NCBI RefSeq assembly: GCF_006345805.1
Contig: NW_021834585.1
Coordinates: forward strand, 1-46,866
DNA from: Octopus sinensis
Taxonomy: Eukaryota
Length of the DNA stretch: 46,866 nt
Direction of reading: 5' to 3'
A model generated the notes under the pieces. The model was not told the origin of the DNA. It worked only from the letters and a program-made list of their open reading frames with translations, and searched no databases. Shown here piece after piece: positions 1 to 10,990 of this stretch (position 1 is the stretch's first letter; each line of letters starts with the position of its first letter). Position numbers and translations under genes: made by a program.

Positions 1-2
1 GT

Positions 3-205
3 GGCAGCAAGCAAAGTAAGCCTTGCGTCCACTCAAGAAAACACATAGTAAATGATCTACAAGCACGCAAACAAACTTGTTCCATTTGCCGAAATGTTTG
101 CAAGGCACCAGCAGGCCTCAAGAGACACATTTGTGTCCATAGAACATGATTAACGTTTTATCTCACTGAACCCTCGTTTTTTTTCACGACAAGAGAATTT
201 ATCAT
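3..205 (+). mobile_element. 3' end of a probable RTE-type LINE, with a C-terminal C2H2 zinc finger
   Basis: Frame +3 reads ...TCSICRNVCKAPAGLKRHICVHRT* (C-x2-C-x12-H-x3-H, stop 147-149), followed by a short UTR and a TA tract. A terminal C2H2 finger is typical of RTE/BovB ORF2 ends. A host zinc-finger last exon is not excluded. Confidence 0.5.
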
Positions 206-243
206 ATATATATATATATATAATATATATATTATATATATTA

Positions 244-362
244 TTGGCCTGCTCCCTTAGCCAGCAGGGTGGCGTCATTTGAAGGCTAAAACAATGCGAA
301 GCGCATTGTGACCAGCGATGTGTAACAACATCTGATGGTCTGGTCGGTCACGTAATCACGTG
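244..362 (+). mobile_element. SINE-E 3' tail fragment (GGTCACGTGATCACGTG-type tail)
   Basis: Near-identical to the reverse complement of 2461-2578; flanked by (TA)n. Confidence 0.75.
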
Positions 363-387
363 ATATATATTATATGTATATATATAT

Positions 388-940
388 CAATGGGACAAAA
401 ACGCAATAGAAAACATTAAAACATTCAAGCAGCTAGATGATACAAAGGCGAAGAGAAACAACAAATAGGACAAAAAGAAAAAAAAGTGATTCGAGGTTTT
501 CTTTTTTCAGTCAAGTTCCTGAAGTCTCAACCATTTCGGGCAGTTACTCTTGAGGTTCGATCTGGTTGCCCCCCAAAAAGTCTAAGCTAAGACCCCCTTG
601 TAAGAAAGCTAGCGAATGTGTATGGCAGCAAAGACAAAAACAACGAAAAAACGGAGAATATGGTACACAATTATGAATACAAACAACAAGAAATAACAAC
701 AGGTGTCTTTCGATTGAGAACGAATCAAATTGAGTTGGCGTGTATGAAGTGAAAGCCTAAAGGCAAAAACATAGAAGATGGACATAACAGATATTAGCGG
801 TCGACTGTCAGGCCAAGAAAGAAAGATCATAGCTGGTCGGACACCGGTGGCGTGGAAGGAGGAGGGATGGGTAGGGGGCAGCTGGATTGAAGGATTAGAA
901 AAAAGACAGAGACAAAGAGAAAGGTACAGGGGAGATAAAT
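388..940. repeat. Unclassified interspersed repeat (family X), copy 1, terminus at a TA microsatellite
   Basis: Colinear homology with 23085-23650 (AATGG(G)ACAAAA..., GTTCGATCTGGTTGCCCC, GGTGTCTTTCGA, AAGATCATAGCTGG). Confidence 0.8.
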
Positions 941-1143
941 GAGTAGGAGTTAGTGGGAGTTAAAGAGAGAGAGGGCCAAGAAATGTGAGAGAGGTGGAGC
1001 AAGAAAAAGGAAGAAAAATGAGAGGAGAAATAAAAGATAGAGTAAGAGTCGTACAAAATTTAGATACATACCTTCTATAAGGTTAGCATATTAAGAGACC
1101 AAAGTGTACGTACGCCGCTATATGTATAATATATATATATAAT

Positions 1144-1188
<45 letters not shown>

Positions 1189-1189
<1 letters not shown>

Positions 1190-1262
1190 AAATGGGACAA
1201 AAACGCATTGTCTATCTGTCTGAATGTTTTAGTGTCCCCTATTGCGTTTTTGTTTTATTTTC
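1189..1262. repeat. Mini fold-back of the family X terminus between TA tracts
   Basis: AAAATGGGACAAAAACGCA is followed directly by ~55 bp that are the reverse complement of the family X terminus. Confidence 0.65.
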
Positions 1263-1273
1263 ATATATGTATG

Positions 1274-1318
<45 letters not shown>

Positions 1319-1597
1319 ATATATAATTAATTAAGAAGGGTGAGAGAATTAGATACTTTAATAGTATATTTATTCAACACCAAGTGGCCTAGTGCTACGA
1401 GAAACCTGGATTATTATAATATTTTATAACATATTATAATATTTTTAAAAATAAATATAGAGAGTGGTCACTATATTGCTCACTCTAGCACCATTAATCC
1501 AAAAGGTTCACAACCACGAAAATACATGTTCCCATGAAAGCCAGTACGAATGTTAGCTCACACGGACGGGCAAGTAAAAAATAACAAAAATACAGAT

Positions 1598-1680
1598 TAT
1601 TTGGGACAATTGTTTCGCTATTAATGAATTAATGTAATATTACTTACAAAAAAATCCATTTGTAGCTCGTCAGCCAGATA
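1598..1680 (-). ncRNA. Type I hammerhead ribozyme motif, canonical core
   Basis: Minus strand: UAUCUGG CUGACGA GCUA-(long AU-rich loop)-UAGC GAA ACAAUUGU C / CCAAAUA. Stem I pairs 6 of 7; stem III ACAAUUGU is palindromic; GUC triplet. Confidence 0.75.
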
Positions 1681-1681
1681 G

Positions 1682-1760
1682 TCTTGCTGACGAGCTACAA
1701 ATGGATTTTTTGTAAGTAATATTACATTTAATCATTAATAGCGAAACAATTGTCCCAAAA
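1682..1760 (+). ncRNA. Type I hammerhead ribozyme motif, second arm
   Basis: CTGACGA 1687-1693, GCTA/TAGC stem II, GAAAC 1743-1747, GTC 1752-1754. Stem I has a mismatch at the second pair. Confidence 0.65.
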
Positions 1761-1939
1761 TAATCTGTATTTTTGTTATTTTTTACTTGCCCTGTCCGTG
1801 TGAGCTAACATTCGTACTGGTTCATGGGAAACATGTATTTTCGTGGTTGAACCTTTTGGATTACTGGTGCTAGAGTGAGCAATATATTGACCACTCTCTT
1901 ATATTTATATTTTATATATATATATATATATAATATATA

Positions 1940-2041
1940 TAGGGAAATAAAGTGTCTTGCTCACGGACACAACGTGGGAATTGAACTCACGACCTTACGA
2001 TCGTGTGCAGAATGCCCTACCCACTAAGCTATGCACCTTCA
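1940..2041 (-). mobile_element. SINE-G tRNA-like head fragment
   Basis: Minus strand reads ...CTTAGTGGGTAGGGCATTC...GAGTTCAATTCCC...GTTGTGTCCGTGAGCAAGACACTTTATT; similar to the head at 10900-10990. Confidence 0.6.
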
Positions 2042-2065
2042 CACACACACACACACACACACACA

Positions 2066-2215
2066 GAGTTGAAATTTATAGAAAAACAAAAGATGAAGAC
2101 AGGTGTATGTACAACAAGTAGGTGTATAGTTTGATAGTCGGGAATGTGAGAAAGTCTTACACGTTTCGTGCCTAAGCTCTTCAACAGAAAGGAATATGAC
2201 GAAGTAGAGAGAGAA
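2066..2215 (-). mobile_element. Short hammerhead-bearing element (U6-variant family), copy 1
   Basis: Homologous to 2270-2448, 43140-43350 and 45095-45255. Motif 2156-2191 minus: CUUU CUGUUGA A GAGC UUAG GCAC GAAAC GUG UAAG. Confidence 0.7.
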
Positions 2216-2269
2216 TATATATATATAACATATATATAATATTATATATATATATATAATATATTATAT

Positions 2270-2448
2270 AGTTGAAAGAAATTTGAGAAAAACAAGACGA
2301 AGACAGGTGGATGAACAACAAGCAGGTGTATTACTTTGACACTCCAGAAAGGTGAAAAAGTCTTTTACATTTCGAGCCAACGCTCTTTAACAGAAAGAAA
2401 TATGAGGAAATAAACCGAGAGAGAATAAAAATCTTGTGGATTAGCGAT
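2270..2448 (-). mobile_element. Short hammerhead-bearing element (U6-variant family), copy 2
   Basis: Same orientation as copy 1, separated from it by (TA)n. Motif 2362-2397 minus: CUUU CUGUUAA A GAGC GUUG GCUC GAAAU GUA AAAG. Confidence 0.7.
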
Positions 2449-2460
2449 ATATATATATAT

Positions 2461-2750
2461 CACGTGATCACGTGACCGACCAGACAATCAGATGTTGTTG
2501 CACATCGCTGGTCACAATGCGTTCGCATTGTTTTAGCCTTCGAATGATGCCACCCCGCTGGCTAAGCGAGCAGGCCAACAGAAGAAAGAGTGAAAGAAAG
2601 AGTGGTTAAAGAGTACAGCAGGGATCACCCCCCCCTGCCGGAGCCTCGTGGAGCTTTTCAAGGTGTTTTCGCTCAATGAACACTCACAACGCCCGCTCTG
2701 GGAATCGAAACCGCGAGTCCGCTGCCCTACCCACTGGGCCTTGGCGCCTC
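2461..2750 (-). mobile_element. SINE-E, near complete, with tail ending GGTCACGTGATCACGTG(TA)n
   Basis: Head is the reverse complement of the tRNA-like head at 4234 (with a small deletion); tail matches 244-362 and 40780-40834. Confidence 0.8.
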
Positions 2751-2825
2751 CACACACACACAATATATATATATATATATATATACACTTACACACACAC
2801 ACACACACACCACACATTTGAACTT

Positions 2826-2950
2826 GTTCCAGTTTCCGTCTACCAAATCTACCCAGGTTTTATTTGGGCCGTGACTATAGTAGAAGCCACTTGCTCGAGG
2901 TATCACGTCGGGGGACTGAACTCGGAACCATGTGGAAGCTTCTTACAACA
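2826..2950 (-). mobile_element. SINE-C 5' fragment
   Basis: Degenerate match to TTTCCGTCTACCAAATCC...GGGACTGAACCCGGAACCATGTGG, shared with 8822-9328. Confidence 0.7.
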
Positions 2951-3354
2951 CAATCAAAACACTTCAGTTTTTTTTTTTCCTGTTTTGAATAACATTGATA
3001 ATATTAATAGTATGATTTGGAAATTTGGAATATATTACAAGATCTGAACTCTTATGAACAGAAACGACATCTGTGATGTTTGATTTTCAGAGAAAATGAA
3101 AATATTGCTTCATGAAAAATTCCTCTTGAATATTTCATCAGAATGAATGGTTTATGTTGCCAGAAATCCAAATATCTACTGAAATGTCATAAATCGCCAG
3201 ACTGCTGAAAGCCAAATGGCCGTGTAACACATTAACTCACCCACTAAAAATGTAATCAAAATATTTTCTCGAGTTAACGTGCTTCAAATATTTATGAATT
3301 CTGTCGTCATATGAAAAGGAGTAACATATGTATAAAATAAATTGGAAACGTATA

Positions 3355-3721
3355 CAGGGTGTTTAAAAAGTCTCTCCGTAGTAAGTATTTTATTTCAAAA
3401 TATTTTTAAGATGTTATAAGACTACAAAATAATACATTAGACTTTACAATATATATATATTAATAAATAAATAAATGCACCCCTTTTAAAGCCTAGCCAG
3501 GCTCATGGGCCCGGTTTTTCGGTTTCTATGGCGTACGTGTTCCCAAGCTGGATGGGATGCCAGTCCATCGTAGTGTTACTCATTTTTGCCAGCTGAGTGG
3601 ACTGGAACAACATGAAATGAAGTGTTTTGCTCAAGAACACAACGCATCGCCCGGTCCAGGAATCGAAACCACAATCTTACGATCATGGTGCTGACACCCT
3701 AACCACTAAACCACGCGCCTC

Positions 3722-3790
<69 letters not shown>

Positions 3791-3954
3791 TAGACTTTAA
3801 AAAATTTTATAAGAGTTGTTGACAGAGTCGTCCTCCATTTTCAATACACAAGTTGACTCTTCTACGCATGTTTTGAAATACATCTTGGTGAGTCTGAGTC
3901 TTGGAGAGTTAGGAGGAAAAACATCCAATGCGGAGAGACTTTTCGAACACCCTA
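3355..3954 (-). mobile_element. Tc1/mariner-type deletion derivative with 23-bp TIRs and TA flanks
   Basis: Left CAGGGTGTTTAAAAAGTCTCTCC (3355-3377) vs right GGAGAGACTTTTCGAACACCCTA (3932-3954): 20/23 inverted identity, TA on both sides. The minus ORF contains FPPNSPRL, resembling the WPPNSPDL motif. A SINE is nested inside. Confidence 0.7.
3483..3722 (-). mobile_element. SINE-D: tRNA-like head, CORE-like block, GAAACCG...CCCATGAGCCTGGCTAGGCT tail
   Basis: Minus strand starts GGAGGCGCGTGGTTTAGTGGTTAGGG (A box), then GGTTTCGATTCC (B box), and ends in an (ATTT)n tail. Confidence 0.8.
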
Positions 3955-4233
3955 TACAATAATATACAATTACGTTACTTGTCAAACGTTTCTTTTTTCT
4001 TTATGCTCTTTCATATTCTTTTACTAGTTTCATCTTGAGCCATGCTGGAGCAACGTCGTTAGCCTTGCTACCCTTTCATCACTTTAAACCTTCTCTGATA
4101 TGTTGCATTTTGGTAAATGAAGGAACTGGATGTTGCTGCCCTCATCTACGTTTCTTGTCGCAGGGTAGGTTCATGGGGAACTCTTGACAGTCTTGTATCC
4201 AGTTTTGAATTTCAGACATCTATATTCCACCCC

Positions 4234-4474
4234 GGAGGCGCAATGGCCCAGTGGTTAGGGCAGCGGACTCGCGGTCGGAGGATCGCGGTTTCGATTCCCA
4301 GACCGGGCGTTGTGTGTGTTTATTGAGCGAAAACGCCTAAAGTTCCATGAGGCTCCGGCAGGGGTGGTGGCGACTCCTGTTGTACTCTTTCGCCGCAACT
4401 TTCTCTCACTCTTTCTTCCTGTTTCTTGAGTAAGTCTGCGATAGTCTGGCTTGTCTTGAAAAGGGCGAAAAAAA
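4234..4474 (+). mobile_element. SINE-E with well-preserved tRNA-like head
   Basis: GGAGGCGCAATGGCCCAGTGGTTAGGG (A box) ... GGTTTCGATTCCCAG (B box); ends in an A-rich tail. Confidence 0.85.
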
Positions 4475-4908
4475 AGAAAAAATATTCTACCCCATGTAAG
4501 TCTCTCAAGGTTTTTGGGAGGATTGAGAATAGTTGTCAGGCCTTGAAACCCAAGCTATTACAGTATCTGGTCCTGTTTCCTGATGGCAATGTTTGGCACA
4601 ATACAATGGCGCCCCATCCTTAAGAATCAAGGCACATCAACCCGTGTATACATGTATATTTTATACTGCTGCGTTTTACCATTGGGTGCCCTAGTATTTT
4701 AGTATATATTTATATTCGATTTTTGAAAATTTGGGAATGACATAAAGTTGTTTTGACCGATTGCAGTGTTTATTCATTATACCTTTTAATTTATTTCTCC
4801 TTTCCCTCGGTGTCACCTGAGCACTTCCAGCTGCAGTCCTATCTTTATCTTTATTTTTGCTCTTCGGTTTAACATTATCCTCTTATATATAGAAAAAGGA
4901 AAGGTCCT

Positions 4909-5038
4909 AGGGAGGGAAGACGAAGAAAGAAAATCGCCAACGATACACAGGCGGTCACATATATATGTATATATATATACATATATATGTGACCGCCTGT
5001 GTATCGTTGGCGATTTTCTTTCTTCGTCTTCCCTCCCT
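4909..5038. repeat. Perfect 130-bp loopless palindrome centred on a TA-rich tract
   Basis: Position i pairs with 9947-i throughout. The arm resembles the AAAATCGCCAACG end of the element at 5290-5490. Confidence 0.95.
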
Positions 5039-5111
5039 TGGACGTATTATATGTATTCTGCTCTTTTATTTTATTCATTACTTTTTATAAATAATGGTAG
5101 TTTATATATAT

Positions 5112-5280
5112 AGGCGCAGGAGTGGGTGTGTGGTAAGTAACTTGCTTAACAGCCACACGGTTCTGGGTTCAGTCCCACTGCTTGGCATCTTAGGGAAGTG
5201 CCTTCTATTATATCCTCGGGTCGACCAAAACCTTGTGAGTGGATTTGGTAGACGGAAACTGAAAGAAGCGTGTCGTATAT
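5112..5280 (+). mobile_element. SINE-C 5' half (tRNA-like head plus CORE-like block)
   Basis: AGGCGCAGGAGTGGGTGTGTGGTAAG...GGTTCAGTCCC...GGATTTGGTAGACGGAAACTGAAAGAAG. Confidence 0.85.
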
Positions 5281-5289
5281 ATGTATATA

Positions 5290-5490
5290 TATACATAGTA
5301 AATAAAAAAATGAAGAACAAACACAAAAACAACAGCGCGAGGACGTAGTATACGTTAAGTATTAGCAGATGTTCAGGGAAGGAAAGAAAGGTGGTTTTTA
5401 GGTTTCGAGCAATCTCTTCTTCAGAAACAGAGGAAAGTCCAATAGAAAAGGATGACGGAGGATAAAAAAAAATCGCCAACGTTTCACATG
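5290..5490 (-). mobile_element. Short element with canonical-core hammerhead motif, between TA tracts
   Basis: 5395-5427 minus: UUU CUGAAGA A GAG AUUG CUC GAAAC CUA AAA. Stem III has one mismatch. Confidence 0.55.
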
Positions 5491-6364
5491 TGGTTAGAAT
5501 ATATATATCTGTGTGTGTGTATAGGATTTTGTGGGTGAATTTTACATCTCTGTGCATATGTACATACGTAAACGTGTGCATATGTACATACGTAAACGTG
5601 TGCATACGTCTGTTAAATGTGAAACTCTATACTTTCCTTTATTGTAACTTACCCGAGGCCAGATAAGCCAAGAAAGATAAATAAATAGCAATGAAAATAA
5701 ATTATGGAGAGTAGCTGCCACAGAACTCTGCTAATACTATTAAAACTGTATCTCGAAACGAAATCGAAATTTTAACATTCTCTTGTTAGTCAACCAATAT
5801 CTTTTTGTTTGTTTGTTCTGGTTTACAGCCAGAATTGTAACCGATTGAAAATATATCAGTAGATGACGCCACCGACAGGAAACCCAAGGTGATAGTGAAG
5901 AGACTGCAATTTACATTTTATATATGTACGCACATATATATACGCGCACACGTACACACACGCCCACATTTGTATTTATGTATATACACGTATGTATGTA
6001 CACATGCATACGCGCACGCACACACATGTTCGGACACACTTATACATACACACACGCAGTGTTTTTAAGTGAAATTTCACAAATTACAACTTCTAGCTGC
6101 ACGTTTCAGAATTTTTGTGTACCATTGCTACTTTAGGTAATTAAAATAACTGAAGATTCCGCAAATTTTTTCAAAAACATATTTAGGACCTCGCGGAGCA
6201 TAAATAATCTTCGCCTTTTCAAGAAAAGAATTGAATTAACGGGGGACAAGAACAGACAACGTAATGAAAGTCAGGAAAAGAGAAATAAAACTGGCTTAAA
6301 GAAGAAAACATAAAAGTAAATAAAAATCAATTATAAAAAGCATAAAAGAAACATTAAATAGCCA

Positions 6365-7045
6365 CAAGCGTGGTGTGGTTGTGCGAGTAAGAAGCTTGTG
6401 TCACAACGATGTGGTTTGGGTTTTGTCTTACGGTGTGGTCTCTTTGATGACTGTCTTGTACTATAGCCCTGTGCCGACCAAAGATTTGCGAATGGATTTG
6501 ACAGACGGAAACTGAAAGAAGCCCATCGAATATGTGTGTATGTGAATTTGTGTATATGTATGTGTGTGTGTGTGGTGTGTGTGTGTGTGGTCTATGTGTT
6601 TATGTTGTGTTTGTCTACCTATTTCTCTACTACCCACAAGGGGTTAAACGCAGAGGGGACAAACAAGGACAGACAAACAGATCAAGTCGATTATATCGAC
6701 CCGTCTGCAACTGGTACTTATTTAATCGACCCCGAAAGGATGAAAGGCAAAGTCGACCTCGGCAGAACGCAGCAGCAGACGAAACACCGCTAAGCATTTC
6801 GTCCGGCGTGCTAACGTTTCTGCCAGCTTGCTCGTTGTGTTTGTCTACCACCACCACATGATAATCGGTGTTGGTTTGTTTACGGTTCTGTAATCTGTTG
6901 GTTTGGAAAAAGAGACTAATAAAATGAGTATCAGTCTTGGAAAAAAAATAAGTACTGGGATCAATTTGTTTGACTAAATCCTTCAGTGCAGTGCTCCAGC
7001 ATGGCTGCAGTCCAATGACTGGAACAAGTAAAAGATAAAAGATGA
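6365..7045 (+). mobile_element. Old SINE-C copy interrupted by a SINE-A fragment
   Basis: 5' half at 6365-6600 and 3' half at 6850-7045 (ends CCAGCATGGCTGCAGTCCAATGACTGGAACAAGTAAAAG). Confidence 0.7.
6622..6830 (-). mobile_element. SINE-A nested in SINE-C
   Basis: Reverse complement of the 11739-type element with an internal deletion. Confidence 0.85.
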
Positions 7046-7140
7046 AATTATATTGGAAAAACTTACAAGGAGAACATGAACAACAAACTGATCAATGTAA
7101 AGCCAATGTAATTGGAATACTGAGTAAAGTGAAGAAAGAA

Positions 7141-7178
7141 AACCTGACGTTTCGGACATTTGTCATTCGTCAAATGAG
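7141..7178 (-). ncRNA. Decayed hammerhead-like motif
   Basis: UUGACGA A UGAC AAAU GUCC GAAAC GUC; stem I poorly paired. Confidence 0.35.
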
Positions 7179-7476
7179 ATAGAAGAAGAAGGGTACGATA
7201 AAAATTGGTAAACAAGAATATGCAATGCAAGGCCAAAAGTGAAATAGACTGGAATGAGAGAGAGAAAATGAGTGGAGTAATGAAGATTTTCTCCAGAAAA
7301 GCATACCGAGATTATGGAGAGTGAAAAGCCTGACAAACCTCGAAGTGAAATTCAATGAAACATATGTGATGTATGTGACATGGGTTGTAAGCGCGAGTCG
7401 AATAAGGAATGTGTACTGTATGTTAGACAAGCATTGGTGTGTAGTGAAGTGTTTATGCATGAGTTGTTTGTTCCTT

Positions 7477-7766
7477 CTCAAGCCATGCCTGGCTCATAGG
7501 GCCGGTTTCCTGGTTTCCTTGGCGCATAGGTTTCCCACCTGGACGGGACGCCGGTCCGTCGCAGGTGACTGCAAGATGCAGGAGGAAAGAGTGAGAGAAA
7601 GTTGTAGCGAAAGAGTTAGCAGAAGTTCGCCATTACCTTCTGTCGGAGCCGTGTGGAGCTTAGGTGTTTCGCTCATAAACACACAGATCGCCCGGTCTGA
7701 GATTCAAACCCGCGATCCCTCGACCGCGAGTCCGCTGCTCTAACCGCAAGGCCATGTGCCTCCACT
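7477..7766 (-). mobile_element. SINE-E head with a SINE-D-type tail
   Basis: Head matches 4234; tail GGAAACCGGCCCTATGAGCCAGGCATGGCT matches the tail of 3483-3530. Confidence 0.8.
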
Positions 7767-7979
7767 TATGCGTGAGTAAGAGAATGTAAAGGAACAAGGC
7801 GTGCTTGAAGCTCATGTGTGTATATGTGTGGGTGTGAACATGGGAAAAAGAGAAAAGGGAATTTAATGAGTGCCTAATGTATTAGTTTAACGCTTAAAAG
7901 GGGAAGTGAAAGACAATTCTATAGTTCTGAGATGAGGAATTTACATATACTGTATTAGACGGAGTAGTTGCCTCATCTT

Positions 7980-8252
7980 AATTGTTGATTTCACTATGTT
8001 TCGACTGTTGTGCGCTTCAGCCTTCTTCGTGTGTCTTGTTATTCACCTTAGTACCTTCCCTAGGACTGAACTCAGAACCTCTAGGTGACTGCACGGCATT
8101 TCTGAACGTTTTATATATCCACTACGCTATGTCTGTAGCTGAAATGCAGTGCAGCTACCTGGCGTTCTGAGTTCAGTCCCAGGCAAGGCACTCAGGTGAA
8201 CTACAAGAGACCTGGAGCGCACACAGCCAAAGTGTGGCGAAATCAACAATCA
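7980..8252. repeat. Older fold-back (arms ~7980-8078 and 8164-8252) with a hammerhead motif in the left arm
   Basis: Inner 37 bp are 33/37 identical in inversion; outer ATTGTTGATTTC is also inverted. 7992-8033 minus: CAC ACGAAGA A GGCUG...CAGUC GAAAC AUA GUG. Confidence 0.7.
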
Positions 8253-8286
8253 GGTTGAGAACACCACATTAACTAATACATAAAAT

Positions 8287-8322
8287 GAAAGACGTTTCGG
8301 AGAAATGTCCTTCTTAAATCTC
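8287..8322 (-). ncRNA. Decayed hammerhead-like motif
   Basis: GAGA UUUAAGA A GGA CAUUUC UCC GAAAC GUC UUUC: stems intact, core mutated. Confidence 0.4.
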
Positions 8323-8410
8323 CCCATAGAACCGCATTCTCACCTGGCTCCTAACCTCTCATCCGTCTTTTTTTTTATACACATACCTCTTTTGCTTTTC
8401 TTGTATTTTC

Positions 8411-8446
8411 TTTTTTGATGAAGAACTAGCGGCTGAAGCGTTAAGA
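8411..8446 (+). ncRNA. Decayed hammerhead-like motif
   Basis: UUUU UUGAUGA A GAAC UAGCG GCU GAAGC GUU AAGA; several lesions. Confidence 0.25.
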
Positions 8447-8579
8447 GTTTCTCCCTTTTTATTTAAACGTTAGACTAATACAATGCTTGTAAAAAATTGT
8501 CCCAAACATTGCCCTTTTTCTTTTTGTTATTGTTCACTGCCTTCCCAATGCACACACACGTGTGCGTGTGTGTACCACA

Positions 8580-8705
8580 GGCTTTTTTTTTACTTTCCAT
8601 CCACCGAATCCAATTATAAAGCTTTCCCAAGGTGCCACGCAATAAGACTGAACCCGGAACCATGTAGTTGGAAAGCAAAGTCCTTACCACAGAGCTGCAT
8701 CTATA
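8580..8705 (-). mobile_element. SINE-C 5' fragment
   Basis: CCAAGGTGCCACGC...GACTGAACCCGGAACCATGT...CTTACCAC. Confidence 0.75.
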
Positions 8706-8821
8706 TAAATACAGATATGCACACATACGTACATACACAAACACATAGACGCACATGTCCCTAGGTGTGTGCGTGTGTGCATGTATACGTATGTGCATGT
8801 GCATATGCTTGCATAAATGTA

Positions 8822-9328
<507 letters not shown>

Positions 9329-9959
9329 AGTATTGAAATTACTGGTGGTACGTTAGTAGCGTTATGTTTCAATGTTCAACTTTGGTCTAGAATGATATCT
9401 TCATGTAAAAAAAAGGTCATTTACAATTATTGTAACAAATGCCAAACTAGATGTAAAAAAAATATCGCTTACATTTCTATAAAACATTTTTTTCTTGAAC
9501 ACGAATTTCTTTAAGAGAAAGTAAAACGAGACATTCACAACCTCAGAAGTAAATAAATAAATAAATAAATAGATAGATATTTATATAGATAAACAAATAA
9601 GAACAGCCACACAAAAATGTTAGTGTTTCACGGTTTCTATTCACGATTTATGTAACCATAGCGACATAATTCGTTTCACACTGTGTTCATTTATTTTATT
9701 CTGCATTTTCGTTTCCATTAATGTGTTATTTATATATATATTTTTGTGTATGTTTCTTTCCTTTTATTTATTATTATTTATCTTATTATATTTCATTACA
9801 TTTTATTTTTATTCTCTAATAAGTATACTATCATATCTTTGTTTTCTCATATTCGTTATTTTTTTTTATTTTTTTAAATATTTCTTCTTCAAAATAATGT
9901 TGACTAGGTTTGCCCATTGGGACAAATTCTTAATAACTTTTTTGAGAGTTAAGAAATAG

Positions 9960-10007
9960 TTCTCTTACGTATGTACATGTATACATACATACATACATAC
10001 CGAAAGC

Positions 10008-10038
<31 letters not shown>

Positions 10039-10047
10039 ATATATATA

Positions 10048-10099
<52 letters not shown>

Positions 10100-10112
10100 A
10101 TATATATATGTG

Positions 10113-10144
<32 letters not shown>

Positions 10145-10153
10145 ATATATATG

Positions 10154-10206
<53 letters not shown>
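9960..10206. repeat. (TA)n microsatellite
   Basis: Direct inspection. Confidence 0.95.
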
Positions 10207-10212
<6 letters not shown>

Positions 10213-10213
10213 T

Positions 10214-10469
10214 ATTTTACTCTTTTACTTGTTTCAGTCATTTGACTGCAACCATGCTGGAGCACCGCCTTTTAGCCGACAAATCGACCCCAGGATTTAT
10301 TCTTTGTAAGCTTGGTATTCTAGCGGTCTCTTTTACCGAATCGCTAAGTTACGGGGGACATTAACACACTAACACCGGTCATCAAGCAACGGTGGGGGAC
10401 AAACACAGACAGGCACAAAGACACGCACGCACGCAGACACACACACACACACACACACCACACACACAC

Positions 10470-10518
<49 letters not shown>

Positions 10519-10520
10519 TA
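10214..10520 (-). mobile_element. SINE-C 3' half
   Basis: Matches 8822-9020. Confidence 0.85.
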
Positions 10521-10682
10521 CACATGTGTCTCGCTGATTCTGCATAAGAATTACGATAAGTAAACATATGTCTGTGGAATACACAGCCACTTACACGTTA
10601 ATTCAGGGGCAGATATTTCAGTCGATAGAACAAGTGAATCCGCATCGTCGAACGATCATTACAAAAATTGATGTAAGTGGGT

Positions 10683-10990
10683 CTCCGTCGATTACGACGA
10701 TGGGTTTTCCAGTTGGCACGATTAACGGAACAGTTTCCTCGTGAAATTAGCGTACATGTGGCTGAACACTCCACAGACACACAAATCCTTAATGTAGTTC
10801 TCAGGGAGATTCAGCGTGACACAGAAAAAGGATAAGGGCTTGACCCTTTGAATTACAGGTACAACTCATTTTCGCTAGGTGAGTAGACTGAAAAAATGTG
10901 GAATAAAGTGTCTTGCTCAAGGACGCAACCTGCTGCCGGGAATCGAACCCATAACCTCACGATTACACTAACCAATACGCCATGTGCCTT
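10683..10990 (-). mobile_element. SINE-G with the CGTCGTAACCGACGGAG-type tail
   Basis: Head block GTCCTTGAGCAAGACACTTTATTCC; tail homologous to 40943-41060. Confidence 0.7.

Larger units (their letters stand above)
1446..1914. repeat. ~230-bp-arm fold-back palindrome (3-nt loop at 1679-1681) carrying two hammerhead motifs
   Basis: Arms are reverse complements with roughly a dozen small differences; centre GCTCGTCAGCCAGA-TAG-TCTTGCTGACGAGC; right end in (TA)n. Confidence 0.95.

Noticed and set aside
3234-3250. TTTTAG-TGG-GTGAGT 3-nt microexon pattern on the minus strand
   Set aside because: Weak pyrimidine tract and expected by chance at this length; no gene context.
3814-3893. Open 72-nt segment ending in a perfect GTGAGT donor
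   Set aside because: It lies inside the mariner-type element 3355-3954, has a weak acceptor, and the opposite strand carries the transposase-like motif.
4234-4310. tRNA gene
   Set aside because: No proper acceptor-stem closure, and it continues into SINE body sequence found elsewhere in the window.
5829-5894. Strong acceptor followed by a GTGATA donor
   Set aside because: Stops in all three frames.
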